A stretch of 64,000 nucleotides of DNA from Hemiscyllium ocellatum (Eukaryota): assembly GCF_020745735.1 (NCBI RefSeq), contig NW_026867481.1:289291-353290 (forward strand), in the 5' to 3' direction. Below, in pieces: positions 49,836-61,713 of the stretch (positions are counted from its first letter, which is position 1; each line of letters opens with the position of its first letter). The notes beneath the pieces were generated by a model. It searched no databases. It was not told the DNA's origin and saw only the letters and a list, made by a program, of their open reading frames with translations. The position numbers and the translations under genes were made by a program.

Positions 49836-52144
49836 AGAGAGAATTTCCTGCATTGCAGAAAAACAGAGTCAGAAATCATGGAGAAATGTCTCACACAGTT
49901 TCTCATAATTTTAAACTCGGGTACCGGAACTTCTGAAATTTGATGCCAGGAATTCCTGTTTCGTGGCTAACCGCCAACTAAGCCACAGTGCCGACTTTGG
50001 GCTGTTTCTCCCAATGTCCTCGGATACTCTTCCATGGGAGATTTTTTTCTTCTGTTTCAATGTTGTTGAGTGAGAATGTCAAATAGCCTCGAGATCTGAA
50101 AAAGAGACGCACAACTTACTCTGAATTGTCACCAGTGAAAACGCACAGCAAATTACAATCCTGCACATGGCCCTTTCCCGATCACTGATTTGGAACTGCA
50201 AGTTTAAAAAGACTGAATCATTCAATATGGAAGTCGCTCACTGGAATAGGATTTATTGTCAAACACTCATTACCCCAGAAATCGAAATGATGAGCCACTT
50301 TTTAAACTATTATACTCCTTGGCACTCGGTGCAATCGTGAAGGCAATGTGGATCGATTTCCAGGAGTCCAGAACTCAGACCTAGCGACTGAATGAACACC
50401 AATATATTTCCAACTCACAAAACTGTATGCTTTGGAGGATGCCTTGTTTGTAACAGTTTTCCCACATATCTGTTACCATTCTTTTTTTTTTCAGGATGCA
50501 AGCAAACTCTAATTGGACTGAATCAGCAGGTTCGGGGTCTATGTGGTATTTGCATTCAGAAATTCGTTTGCATTTGAAAATTCCCATAAGAGACAAAAGT
50601 GAGAGCCAAAAGATATCCAGACACAAATCTATGCTGACACAACAATTTCAATGAGGTTTCACATTTTGTTTCCTTCAGCTAGACCCTGTCCTACCTGGAA
50701 TGTCCTGGAATTGCTGTTTAAATTTCAATCCGTGTTTGTCTCTCTAAACCTATTGTGACTTTTCTTGCCTCTCGCACGGATTCACTCAGTGTCTGTTGAG
50801 TTCCTTGTCTTTAATTCTCATTTTCCATGTTTCTATGTTGCAACACCGCTTTCTCTTACGGAATTCTCACCTCAGTCTCTCCATGTCATTATCGTTAACC
50901 TTCCTGTCTTGTCCCAAATATTGAGTGTTTTTTTTCCAATTATTTATTTCCCCGAATCGTCATCAGGTTTTTGCCTGCTGACTGGTCGGCAACATTTTTC
51001 CTTGAATCTCAATCCGTTTCACTTCTGGATTTCCTCACAATTGGAAACAAGCATGTCCATTTTCTGTGAAGAAAGTTCTCGCATTTAAAACAGATTTCTT
51101 TTATTTTGCTGCGCCCTTAGTGGACAGTCTACACTTTCCCAATCCCAGCAAAAGGTTCCAAAGGAGGCAGCGTCATTTGAAGTCCAGTGAATTGTTTGTT
51201 GTTAAATCCATAGAACTGCAGATGAGGAAAATCATAAATAAAAACAGAAATTACTGGAAATCTCAGCAGGTCTAGCAACATTTGTGTTGAAAAAAAGAAA
51301 CAATTATCTCTACCAGGTGAGTGACCCTTGCTCAAAAATGTCTGTTTTGTTTTGTTATGATCGTTAACCTTCCTGTCTTCTGATGAACAATTAAGTTTTT
51401 ATGAATATCAATGTGATTTTCTTTTCACAGAGCAGCTCCTACAGTTCATCATTTCACATCTAGTTCCTCCTTCTCCATTCCTATTGGATCTTTCAAATAG
51501 CCTCAATTTTATACATATTAAACAAAGAACTCAACTTACTGACCACGTCGGTGGGTTTTAGTCATGATAATTGAGCAGGACTTCGACAGGTCTCTTTTCA
51601 TTAGCTGTCAGGAGCCAAAATGTTTGTACTCACATTTTCGTTTTGAAAAGTTCAGCACTGATATTAGCACGATCTGAGCTGTTCCTCTTCAAATGGCCCA
51701 GCTCATAGACTAAAGTATTTGAAAGGACCACATTTGGTTTAATTTTTGTTATGGTTCTTGTTTCAGTCACCACTGTCCATATGATGTCAGGAACTCGAGA
51801 ACAAACGAGCAGCGAGATGTTTGATGACAGCTGCTGCTGTTTTCAAGAACGAGCAATTCTGGATACTTCTTAACATGAACACAATTCTTGAAGTTCACAG
51901 TTTCATTATCAGATTGCATTGTGCAAATCCACATCAATTGTCTACAAACATGACTGTTGCTTTACATTCATTCTTCACAACTGCAGCTGTCAGAACTGAT
52001 AGCACATTTCAAGATCTATACACTCTTCCACATTCAGGAATAACTGGAATCTTTTGTCTATTTCTACAATGTTCAGTCCGATGTTAGCAGGGACCATATT
52101 ATGACGATAGCATGTCAGAGTTGTGTATTTCTAGATTTCTTCAG

Positions 52145-52628
52145 GTGTTAGTGGTGCAGATTCAGTCTTCCAGGAGATGAAATTTAAACAAAGTAATGTA
52201 ATCATGGCGTACATTTACTCGACCACTTCTACTGCATATTCCTTGCAAAGAAATCGCCAACATTGACACAACGCTCTGATGTTCTATGTCTACAGCAGTA
52301 AATATGGAAATATTCCCACAGTAGAAAGTATGTGTCCTCAATTTTCTGCGAACATTGACTATATGAAATGTGAGAGAAATTTCACCTAGTGGTGAGGTTC
52401 ACTATCTCGTTCACTTATATCCTTTAGCGGACACACAATCATCCTTATCTGCTCTGCTCTGCATGTGACTCTCGACCCACAGCAATGTGGATGACATTGA
52501 AATGCCCTGCGGGCAATTAGGAATGAATAATCAATTCTGCCTCTCCAGTCATGCCCTTACCTCGTGAATGCTGAATAAAAAATTTTACAGCTCTCTGACA
52601 GCGCTGAGTATTACTGCAGACTCAGAGA
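52145..52628 (+). pseudogene. TCR V pseudogene split by a ~190-bp insertion, with an intact RSS
   Basis: TTTCTTCAG acceptor, then GVSGADSVFQEMKFKQSNVIMAYIYSTTSTAYSLQRNRQH*HNALMF...FSANID. An insertion at about 52390-52580 ends in a SINE/LINE-type tail (gggcaattaggaatg...tgaataaaaa). The exon resumes LQLSDSAEYYCRLRD. Confidence 0.85.
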
Positions 52629-52667
52629 CACAGTGGCAGATATCAGAGGGAGCTTTATACAAAAGAC
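52629..52667 (+). other. 23-spacer RSS
   Basis: CACAGTG (52629-52635), 23 nt, ACAAAAGAC (52659-52667). Confidence 0.85.
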
Positions 52668-53708
52668 ACTGCCACTTTGGCATAAAGTAAGGGACTGAAA
52701 GGCTGCGGAAGGACATACATTGATTACCAGCACTTAACAAACAACTTGCAACCAGTCAATCTTTGGATATGACTGCCTCAATCAGTTCTGAGTGCAAATT
52801 GCAATTTACAATGTAAATTAACTCCACGGTAAGGATTTGGCAAGCGAAATGTAATGCAATTATTAAGCCTCCCTTCTGATGCATGCATGCTGGTGTCTCC
52901 TGGTCATTGGAAACTCTTTTCCATCCTTGTTCGAGTTGTGCTAACACACAGCGATAAGAGAAAATCGTTTTTAAAAAGTGTTCGATCTTAGACACATAAA
53001 TTTGTGAAAGTATACTAGCGTTAGACAGGTACTTGAGCTGGATTAAAGCTAATTTGGGTTATTGTATGCATTTTTGGCTTTTCCCTTACATCCGTAATGA
53101 AAGACACAAAACACAACCGATGGGCAACGTATGAAAATGATGCTAGAATTGAATTACGTTAATTATGAGAAATTAATGTGAGGGCTTGGGGTCCTTTCTC
53201 TGTTGGTCAGAAGACTCAAGGCTAACTGACCTGATGGCTTTTCAATGGATGATATAGTTCTTAGGTTCCAGACATGGAGAGCAATATTCCACTTGAGGAG
53301 GATTCCAGTTCTATAAGAATAAATAGACACATTTAAGTGACACAACGTTCTCCAACGAGGATTTGAGGAGAAATTTCTTTAGTTGGTAAACAAGTAGAAA
53401 GTGGTTGTCATCATCTGAAGGAGCATGTGTAATGAACAATAACGTTACGTTTAAAGGGCGCCCCAGTTAAACGTGTGAAGGAGAGAGGGGTAGAGAGGTT
53501 TGCAGATAGAATGAGAGGATGAAGTATGCAGAATGCTTTCTTTATTATGCACATGAACTTCCACCTGATGGGCCGAATGATCCTGTTTTTCCTTTCTAAA
53601 TCCCATCTATTAATTTGATAGCACTGTGACTTGCCGCCTCCAGTTCAGATCGCTCAACCATTTAATTGCTAATTTCCAATTTTTTGATACTCGATTTCTA
53701 TATCTGAG

Positions 53709-54000
53709 CGATGGAATTTCTGTTTCTCATCTGTATCCCACGCTCAGACAAACAGACTCTGACGATGTTACTTGAAACTTCACCTGCGCAACAATGCTTA
53801 GTTTTTCAATTGTTTACGTCAGTAACTGGGCAAACAGTCTGAGTTCACATTTTGAAAGTGCACAAGCTTTGCAATTGAACGTAGGTTGCATTGAGGTCCG
53901 GTTTATTGATTCACTCCTGCAGTCAGAGAAAGACTACCAAGTGCTTGTATTGGAGCTGCTGTTGTCTGATACTGTGATCTACTACCGTGCATGGGAACGA
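53709..54000 (+). pseudogene. TCR V pseudogene
   Basis: DGISVSHLYPTLRQTDSDDVT*NFTC..., then (shifted) RQ*LGKQSEF..., RFIDSLLQSEKDYQVLVLELLLSDTVIYYRAWE. Both Cys are displaced or lost, and the RSS is not recognisable. Confidence 0.7.
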
Positions 54001-54265
54001 ATGCCTCATACAATTGTTTTCTGGTTGCCATCTGCTGTATTTTCACAGCTTCGAACAGCGGGTCACACACAGACACTTCAGTACTTTCCTGTGAGAGAAT
54101 TGCTGTGTGATTACGTCATGATCACTCACAACAAACACACATTAATTACCTACACATATGGTAGTATTTTATATTCATTATTTGCAACTGCAGCGCTCAT
54201 AACTGGTAAAACATTCTAAAAGCTACACACTCTTCAGCATACAGACATTACTCACGTCGTTTCAA

Positions 54266-54675
54266 ATGCACTTTCTCTCCGTTTAAAAAGTGTGCAGTCA
54301 CAGATGGTAACAGGTACAAGAGCGATGATAACATATTGTTGTCCTATGTTTCTAAATTTCTGCAGGTGTTCATGGTGCAGACTCAATCTCGCAGCAGGTG
54401 GTCTCAGCAATGAAATTTGAAGGCAATGCATTGAAGTTTATTTAAGCGTATTTGGCCACTGCAACTAATGAACATTCTTTGTATGTATATCGTCAGGACC
54501 GATGCAAAGCACTGTCATTCTCGATCCACATCACTACCTATGGCGATGTTATCAAAGCTGAAGATGTAGAGCTTCGATTTTTGACTAATATTGACAGTGG
54601 GAAAAGTGTGGGGAGTTTCACCGTTCGTGATATGCGGTTGTCTGACAGCACAATGCAATACTGCGGACTGAGAGA
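54266..54675 (+). pseudogene. TCR delta/alpha-type V pseudogene (leader relic 54266-54304, V exon 54366-54675)
   Basis: TTTCTGCAG acceptor, then GVHGADSISQQVVSAMKFEGNALKL, frameshift, ATATNEHSLYVYRQDRCKALSFSIHITTYGDVIKAEDVELRFLTNIDSGKSVGSFTVRDMRLSDSTMQYCGLRD. The leader contains TAA and the heptamer is destroyed. It is a paralog of 52145. Confidence 0.85.
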
Positions 54676-56269
54676 TGCCAAGAATTGAACTAGAAGTAGC
54701 CCCCCAACATGTTGTGACATTAACAATAATGTCATCGTCCATCATACCGTTTCTCACAATACTGAACAGGCATTTTCCTGAATTTCAATTGATGCTTCCT
54801 CCTGGGGAAGCACCTCCTGCGATTGGAGTAGAACAGACGACCAACTAATGGTTGCTACAAAGTCGAAGAAATCTGTTTTTTAAACGAATTCGTTTCTATA
54901 GAAAATACTCATCTGAAATCTAAACCATATAAGTTGTAATTTATTTCATTGCATTTTGCTGGTCTATTATTATGGAAGAACAGTAACATTGCTGAAGAGA
55001 CGAAAGCAGAGATTAAACATTTAGAGTCCAGTGTTCTGCAATGACAAAAGATCTGTTCAGCCGAAACGTTATTGATCTTTCAAAATGATGCCAGACCTGC
55101 TGAGTTTCTCCAGTAATTTGTGGTTTTGATTTAGATCTCCAGCATCAGCAGTTCCTTGTTTTATATTATTGGAGAATTGGTTGAATTGTGATTGAATTCA
55201 ATGTACAATCAAAAGTGAAATTTTAATCATAAGGAACATTTATGCCTTTACCGAGAGTAATTGACCAACCCAAGGTGTTTACAACTTCTCACTGACTCCA
55301 GGCGTGGAGGCAGATTTCTCGTTTATCTTCTCCAAAAAAGAAAAAAACCTCTGCAGTACCTGTTTATTACTGGTGAAGCACATTCTAGGCAATGAACGTT
55401 ACTTCAGTTGAACCAGCAGTCATGTTCAGTTCCAGGTAGCGGGGATGAATATCTCCTTTCACAAAGATTGGGTACGTCGAATTGAAACACGTTGAACATT
55501 GTAAAGTCACTCTATTCAAAGGCGTTGTACTGTGTGGCAAGTACATACACCGTGTCTGTTCAGCTCTTGCAATCAGTTCTTGCTATTTTCCATTATTTAG
55601 GCAGTTCCTCTGAAGTAAGTACTTGATTTTAGCACCGATGCCTTGATGTCAGTGAGTGCATTTTATTTTGCCTGTTGTAAGTGATTGCCAGTAGCCATGA
55701 CCTTTTTGACACTGGCTGCATATTAATGACAAAAGTTTCCTTCCATAACACTAACAATCAACAAATTATAGACTGCAGTAGAAAAAGAACCCTATAATAG
55801 AAGAAAGATCAGATCAGTATCTTGAGGACCAACGGGCAAGAACTTGGTTAATTGTGTGAGAAGGATCAGGCAAGAAATTATTGAGACTCATAAAAAAAAG
55901 TGGTGGCAGGAGACAAAAAGCTGAGCAAAACACAGCGAGCGAATTAAACAGTAGGAAAGAAAACATTAGAAATTTCAGTAAATACACATATCAGCCATCG
56001 TGACACTGAAGGACAAAGATGATCAGCAAGTGACAAAGAGACATTGTCAACGGTTCAGAACTATATGGAAAAAAGAACTAAACTGTATCAACTAAATAAA
56101 CTTTGTGAATTTGGGTTGCCGTGTGGTTCGGGGGAGGGGGGCGGAGTGGAGGGGATAGTTGGGAGACATGGAAAGGCTCAAGGCGTAGAATTAGAGACTA
56201 TTGATTTAAATGTAAAATGGAATTCCAGGAAACGTGAAAATGTATTCATTATTATGGAAAATGAATGCT

Positions 56270-56496
56270 GATAGGAGTAAATGCAGCCATCCACTTGAAA
56301 ATAAAATTTACTGGTTGCGGAAGTGGCCCTTGTTTTGCCTCAGAATACTGTGAATGTCAGCCTTTTAACAAAGATCAGAGATGCATTTGTTTCCACCACA
56401 CACAGAGAAGATTTGACAAATCCAGTGATCATTTCTATTTGAAACTTGCCCCAAGGCTGAGTGGCAGTATGTTACTTTTTGTGAATTATAACTATT
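56270..56496 (+). pseudogene. Degenerate TCR V pseudogene
   Basis: KCSHPLENKIYWLRKWP..., then RRFDKSSDHFYLKLAPRLSGSM and (shifted) YFCEL, followed by CACATGA. Confidence 0.5.
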
Positions 56497-57397
56497 CACA
56501 TGACATGACTTCCCTGTTGAAAATTGGATGTTTAGTGCCAGGAAGCTGGTGATCATGAACCTGCAAAAGAGTATCAGAGACTCGGGGTGGAGGTCCGAAC
56601 AGAATTGCTCAGAAAATTTCAGATTCCATTTCAACAGCTATTTCAGTTAACAGGGTGTTTCTAGTTTTGACAACTGCTGCTGTTTTTGACTGACTTCTCA
56701 GAAAGACAAGAACTAGCAGAGAGTACCACCATAAGGATATTGACTTGGATCACGTAGCCATCGCTATGATTTAGCTGTGCAATATACTTTGGTACAATTC
56801 GTTGAGACAAAATTCACTAGCTGTAGTTTCAGAAAGATTTGGTGTTCCTGCAATGGAAAAGGAACAAGAGCACATCGAAGTCTGGATAGTGGGCTAACAC
56901 AACGCCATTCCATCTCCAGTTTTATCAGACACGAATGGCAATTAACTGTCAAATACTGCATTGACAAACAGTGAAGTCTTCACATGAAACTTTGGAGGGA
57001 GCTACAACAGGTTAGTAGCGATTTATTTTCCTTATTAGATTCTGCACTAATGAGTTTCCATTTTATGAGATAAAATTGAAATGTTTAAAATGTTTTTGTT
57101 ACTTATTCGTGTTTTTCTATGTTTACTCATCGCTTTGTAAATGTTTGTTTTTTTGTATTTTTCCATTGGAGCATATTACATTTTTCGGTGATAGGTATAT
57201 GCTATTTTAAATGAAGTGATTTTTTTTAAAACAGCAATAATAATTTTCCATAAATAAAGTGCAATTCTCTGAAGTGAAATGTTTCACACGATTTCATCTG
57301 AAAGATGACATTGTTGGAAATCTAAACACGAGCTTTCCAGTTCTCACATTATCTCACGCAGATTTTCTCAATCCTTCTCTTTTTCCATCTCTTACTG

Positions 57398-59850
57398 ATA
57401 ACATAATAATCGTTTTAATCCTTTTGCAGAGAAGATCCACTCTGTTTGGTTTTACCGTTTATTTTCTGGTTTCCTTGTTATTGTTACAATGTTGTAATAT
57501 TAAATTGTATTGGTAAATTTTAATTCGCGTTCGATTTCCTGTCTATCCCATCGATGTGCAGTATCTATTTTGTCTTAATTGATTCAATTTCGATGAATTC
57601 TTCCTGGCTAACAAATGATTTCGCTTTTGATCGATTTGTGTCAATTTGTTGTCAGAGCTGAAAGACACATATTGCACTAAGAAGACCGCAACACAATTTA
57701 TGTAATGTAGAACACAGAACATTCCAATGCAGAATCGACCCTTTGGACCAGAATGTTGTGCCACTCTGGACCACTCTAAAGCCTATCTGCGCGAAAACAT
57801 TCCATCTTCATCCGTATGTTTATTCAATCACCATTTAAATGCCCTTAAATTTGACGAGTCTACTACTGTTGCAAGTAGTGTGTTCCATGCCGCTGAGTGA
57901 AGAAATTTCCTCTGACATCCATCCTATATCTATCATCCTTACATGAAAGCCATGCCCCGGCGTGTCAGACATCAGCATCCAGGGAAAAAGAGTCTCTCTG
58001 CCGACTCTATCTAACCTGATGATTATCTTATAAATCACAATTAAGTCAGGAATCAACCTTAGTCTCTCTGACAAAAACAGCCTCAAGTCGTTCAGCCTTT
58101 CCTCAGAAGACCTTACCTCCGTTATGGGAGCATCTAAGTAAATTTCTTCTGCACCCTTTCCAAAGCTTCCACATCCTTCATACAATGCAGTGACCAGGAA
58201 TGTACAATAAACTATGCCAACTGCGGCCGCACCAGAGTATTGTACAGCTGCAGCATGACCTCATGGCTCAGAAACTCAATCCTGCTACCAATAAAAGTTC
58301 ACACCCCGTGTGCCTTCTTAACAACCCTATCAACCTGGCTGACAACTTTCAGGGATCTGTGTGCATTGACACCAAGGTCGCTCTTCTCATCGGATCTACG
58401 AAGAGTCTTACCATTAGCCCAGCACTCTTTATTCCTGTTGGTCCACCACATTGAATCACGTCACACTTTTCCACAATAAATTCCATTTTCCATCTCTCAG
58501 CTCCACTCTTCAGTTTATCTATGCCCCTCTGTAACTGCAAAATTCTTTAGCAAGATCCACAGCTCCACTGACATTCAGATATATGCAAATTTATTAACGC
58601 ATCCTTCTGAGCTCTCAAACAGGACATTTATAAAAATGACAAGCAGCAGCGGCCCCAAAACAGACCCTTGCGGTAAACCACTAGTTACTGAACTCTGGGA
58701 TGAACATTTCCTATCAACCACATTAAAAACAGTAATAATTTAGCTCCACCCCCTGTCTTCTTTCAGTTCGCCAAGATGAGGTCGAACCCGCTAAACTATA
58801 CTCATTACCATGCTGATGGATTTTGTGCAATAGTCTACCCTGGGCACATTATCAAGCACATTATTAAAATCCATATACATCACATCACCTGCTTTACCCT
58901 CATCCAACTGTTTCGTGACCATCTCAAGGAACTCATTAAGTTTATGAGGCACGACCTACCCTTCACAAAACCGTGTTGGCTGTCCCTAATCAACTTATTC
59001 CTGCCCAGATCCTTATAAATTATCTCAGTTCCAGCATTTTCCAACACTTTACCCACAATTGATCTAAGTCTCACTGGTCTATAATTACCAGGATTGTCTC
59101 TTCTCCTCTTACTGAAAAAGTCGACATTTTCTCTCCTCCAGTCTTCTGACACTATTTAAGTAGACACCGACGAAATAACAATCAAAACAAAAGGCTCGAC
59201 AATCTCTTCACTGGCTTTCCAGACAATCCTAGGAAAAGTCTCACCTGGTCTACATGAATAATCTATTTTCACACTTTCTAGAATGGATCACACCTCCAGT
59301 TGCAACAGTCGTATTCACACTGCACTGCATCAGAAATATATATGTTTATATGTGGACCTAGGCGCACAATAAAAGAAAACTGTTCCAGCGAATACTATAT
59401 TCGTTATCTATATTTAATACCTATGATTCGATCTGTAACATTTAATCGCAAGTCTTCCATTTATACTGATTTTACTGCTCACTGTATTTTTATCAGATAA
59501 ATTTCAGTAGCCATGCAATCATCCAGGACACCCGACTACAGCAACAATGACGATAATCATAATGACCCAGAGATTGAAAAAAGCAATAAAATGCCCATGG
59601 CTTTAGTCTTTACGGCCTAGGCTAGTTTTATCCTGTTCTATAGTTTTCCCTTGTAAAGGATGCTCTCTGCCACATTCAAACTGTCACTTATTTTGGAAGC
59701 TCCAGTCTTAGTGCATTACGATTTATTCATTCTTCGTTTGTGTGTTCCTAACTTAATGGATTTAATTATACAGACATGCAGAATACATTCAGTCGAATTA
59801 AACACTGAGATAAAATATCTCCTGAAACGATTTTTTTTTTACATTCTTTA
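57398..59850 (+). pseudogene. GPCR exon-2 pseudogene interrupted by a CR1 (5' half 57398-57705, 3' half 59295-59850)
   Basis: 5' half: NIIIVLILLQRR...VILNCIGKF*FAFDFLSIPSMCSI...SSWLT..FAFDRFVSICCQ-LKDTYCTKKTA. 3' half: ATVVFTLHCIRNI...LPFILILLL...NDPEIEKSNKMPMALVFTA*ASFILFYS...YTDMQNTF. Colinear with the other GPCR copies. Confidence 0.85.
57708..59290 (-). mobile_element. Degenerate CR1 LINE (RT and 3' end) inserted in the GPCR pseudogene
   Basis: ORFs 58880-59152 (NPGNYRPVRL...[15 protein letters not shown]), 58349-58540 and 57835-58185. The 3' tail tagaacacagaac is at 57708. Confidence 0.9.
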
Positions 59851-61713
59851 AAGGCTAACGTAAGAAATCCCAGCATGAACTGAAAAGTAGAAGTCATTTT
59901 TTTTAATGTAAATCATTTTCACCCAACATACGTTCCCCTTTCCAATATATTTGCTTTTCCATTCGTATCGTGCACAAGAAGTTAGGAATCCATGTATGCA
60001 GCGCTCCATTCTGACAGAGGTCAATTATGCATACTGTCTGTGTAAACTTCCAGTTTTATGACCAGTGCTGGTTCGCGCCTTATTCAAATAATTCTTGAGG
60101 GCTCTGGAGATCTCTAGCTGCTGTTATGATATGGTGCTGAAATATGCAAGAAGCAAGTTAGTTATATGGACACGACGCTTGAATTCAAAGCATTGATTTT
60201 GCTGTGCCAAGTTTTATTTCTGCAGCTGGAGTCCTGCCTACAGCTAACTAAATTGCTCCATTATTCCCCTACATATGTTCATTGCTTAATGGTGTTTTGA
60301 CCAAGTGACCATCCAAATGTCGCATCAATATCTAGGAACTCAGTGATTTCTCCACTGGAGCAACTTATTAAATTTAAGTTGAGAATTGATTGACCCTTCG
60401 GTAACCTTCTGAGTGTTTGTGACTGAGGCAGCCACTTCCTCTGGCAGGCTGTTCAAGTGTTGCTGTGCAGGTTATTGGGTTATTCCCTCTTGGATTTAGA
60501 CAGTCAACATCTATCACTTCCTACACATCTATGGCAGTGGTCAAATGGGTAATAATGTATCACTAAAATGAAGATAGCGATATATTGTTACTCCGAGAAC
60601 CTTCTGCCCGTTTGCACAGTACTTCTGCATTTCCTGTGAGGGAATTCCTGATAATTTCAACTTCTCCTTTAATGCATTCTCACGATATGGGTGTCTGTCA
60701 GGGGAAATTTTCCATTCTCTATTGCTTTGAGGCTGTTAGGAATCACTCACATTGCCATTGTATTACATATTTTGGATTATAAATGGAAGTACCTTCATAG
60801 CAGTTTTAACTATATTATCTACCGGTCCTGCAGCCTTCAATTATCAATGGACGTACGCACCCAGCTCTCTCTGATCTCTGTACTACCCACGGTTCGAACA
60901 TCCAACACAGACTGTCTTGTTTTTTTATTCCTTCTAAAATTAATCATTTAGGATTACATTCTATTTCCCATTGATCAGTCTTTTGATTTGCCTCTCTGTA
61001 TAATTCTGTAGATTTCGAGTTTCACCTTCGTGGTGTACCCCAGCATCAATTTTCTTGTGAACTATAAACCTATTGATCATTCTTCCAACATTCACTTACG
61101 TACTCATTCTCAAAAAGGAATTGGCTGTTCTATGATGGAAAGGTAGATTGATGAAATGAGAGCATCAATACAGATAATTGTCGTTTTTTCAAGTTAATTG
61201 ATTTCGATCAATCCTCATGTTAATAATATTTCATTCGCAATAAGGAAGCTGGCGGTTGTTGAGAAGATAATAATATTCTACCTTGAGTAAAATCACATTT
61301 TATTTCTTTGATTAATTTGCAAAGACTGGTAGCAATATTTTCAATGTAAATAAAGGGAGAAATCCAGAATTGTTTGGTTTCTTAGATTTATGCGATTGGA
61401 ACTGCCTTTAAATCTGATTAAAAGGGAACAGCTTGTGCTTATTAATTGTGCCAGAATCCATTTTTCCATAAACAATGTCAAGAAATGAATGGAGAGTTGA
61501 TATAATGACATTAAGCCACGAAGGAGATAGTTTACCATTTCAGCCAAAAGACAACACTTTCATAGTTCAGCAGTCCTTCAGCTCTGCTTGATAAGGAAAT
61601 ATTCAGAGATGGAAATTAGGTCATGCTTCCCTCGAGGAAGGATCTGCATCTTTCTGCGTCAAAAATGGGGAAGAGTCCTACAAGTGGCATAATTAACGTG
61701 CATTTGTTCTGTT

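Noticed and set aside
50100-50626. Leader-like MCLDIFWLSLLSLMG with ADSVQ and IYW (minus strand)
   Set aside because: Motif spacing is too long for a V domain, and there are no splice sites or RSS.
51800-52130. TLTCYRHNMVPANIG suggested an Ig/TCR constant domain (minus strand)
   Set aside because: A single short motif with no Trp or second Cys, overlapping the upstream region of a plus-strand V.
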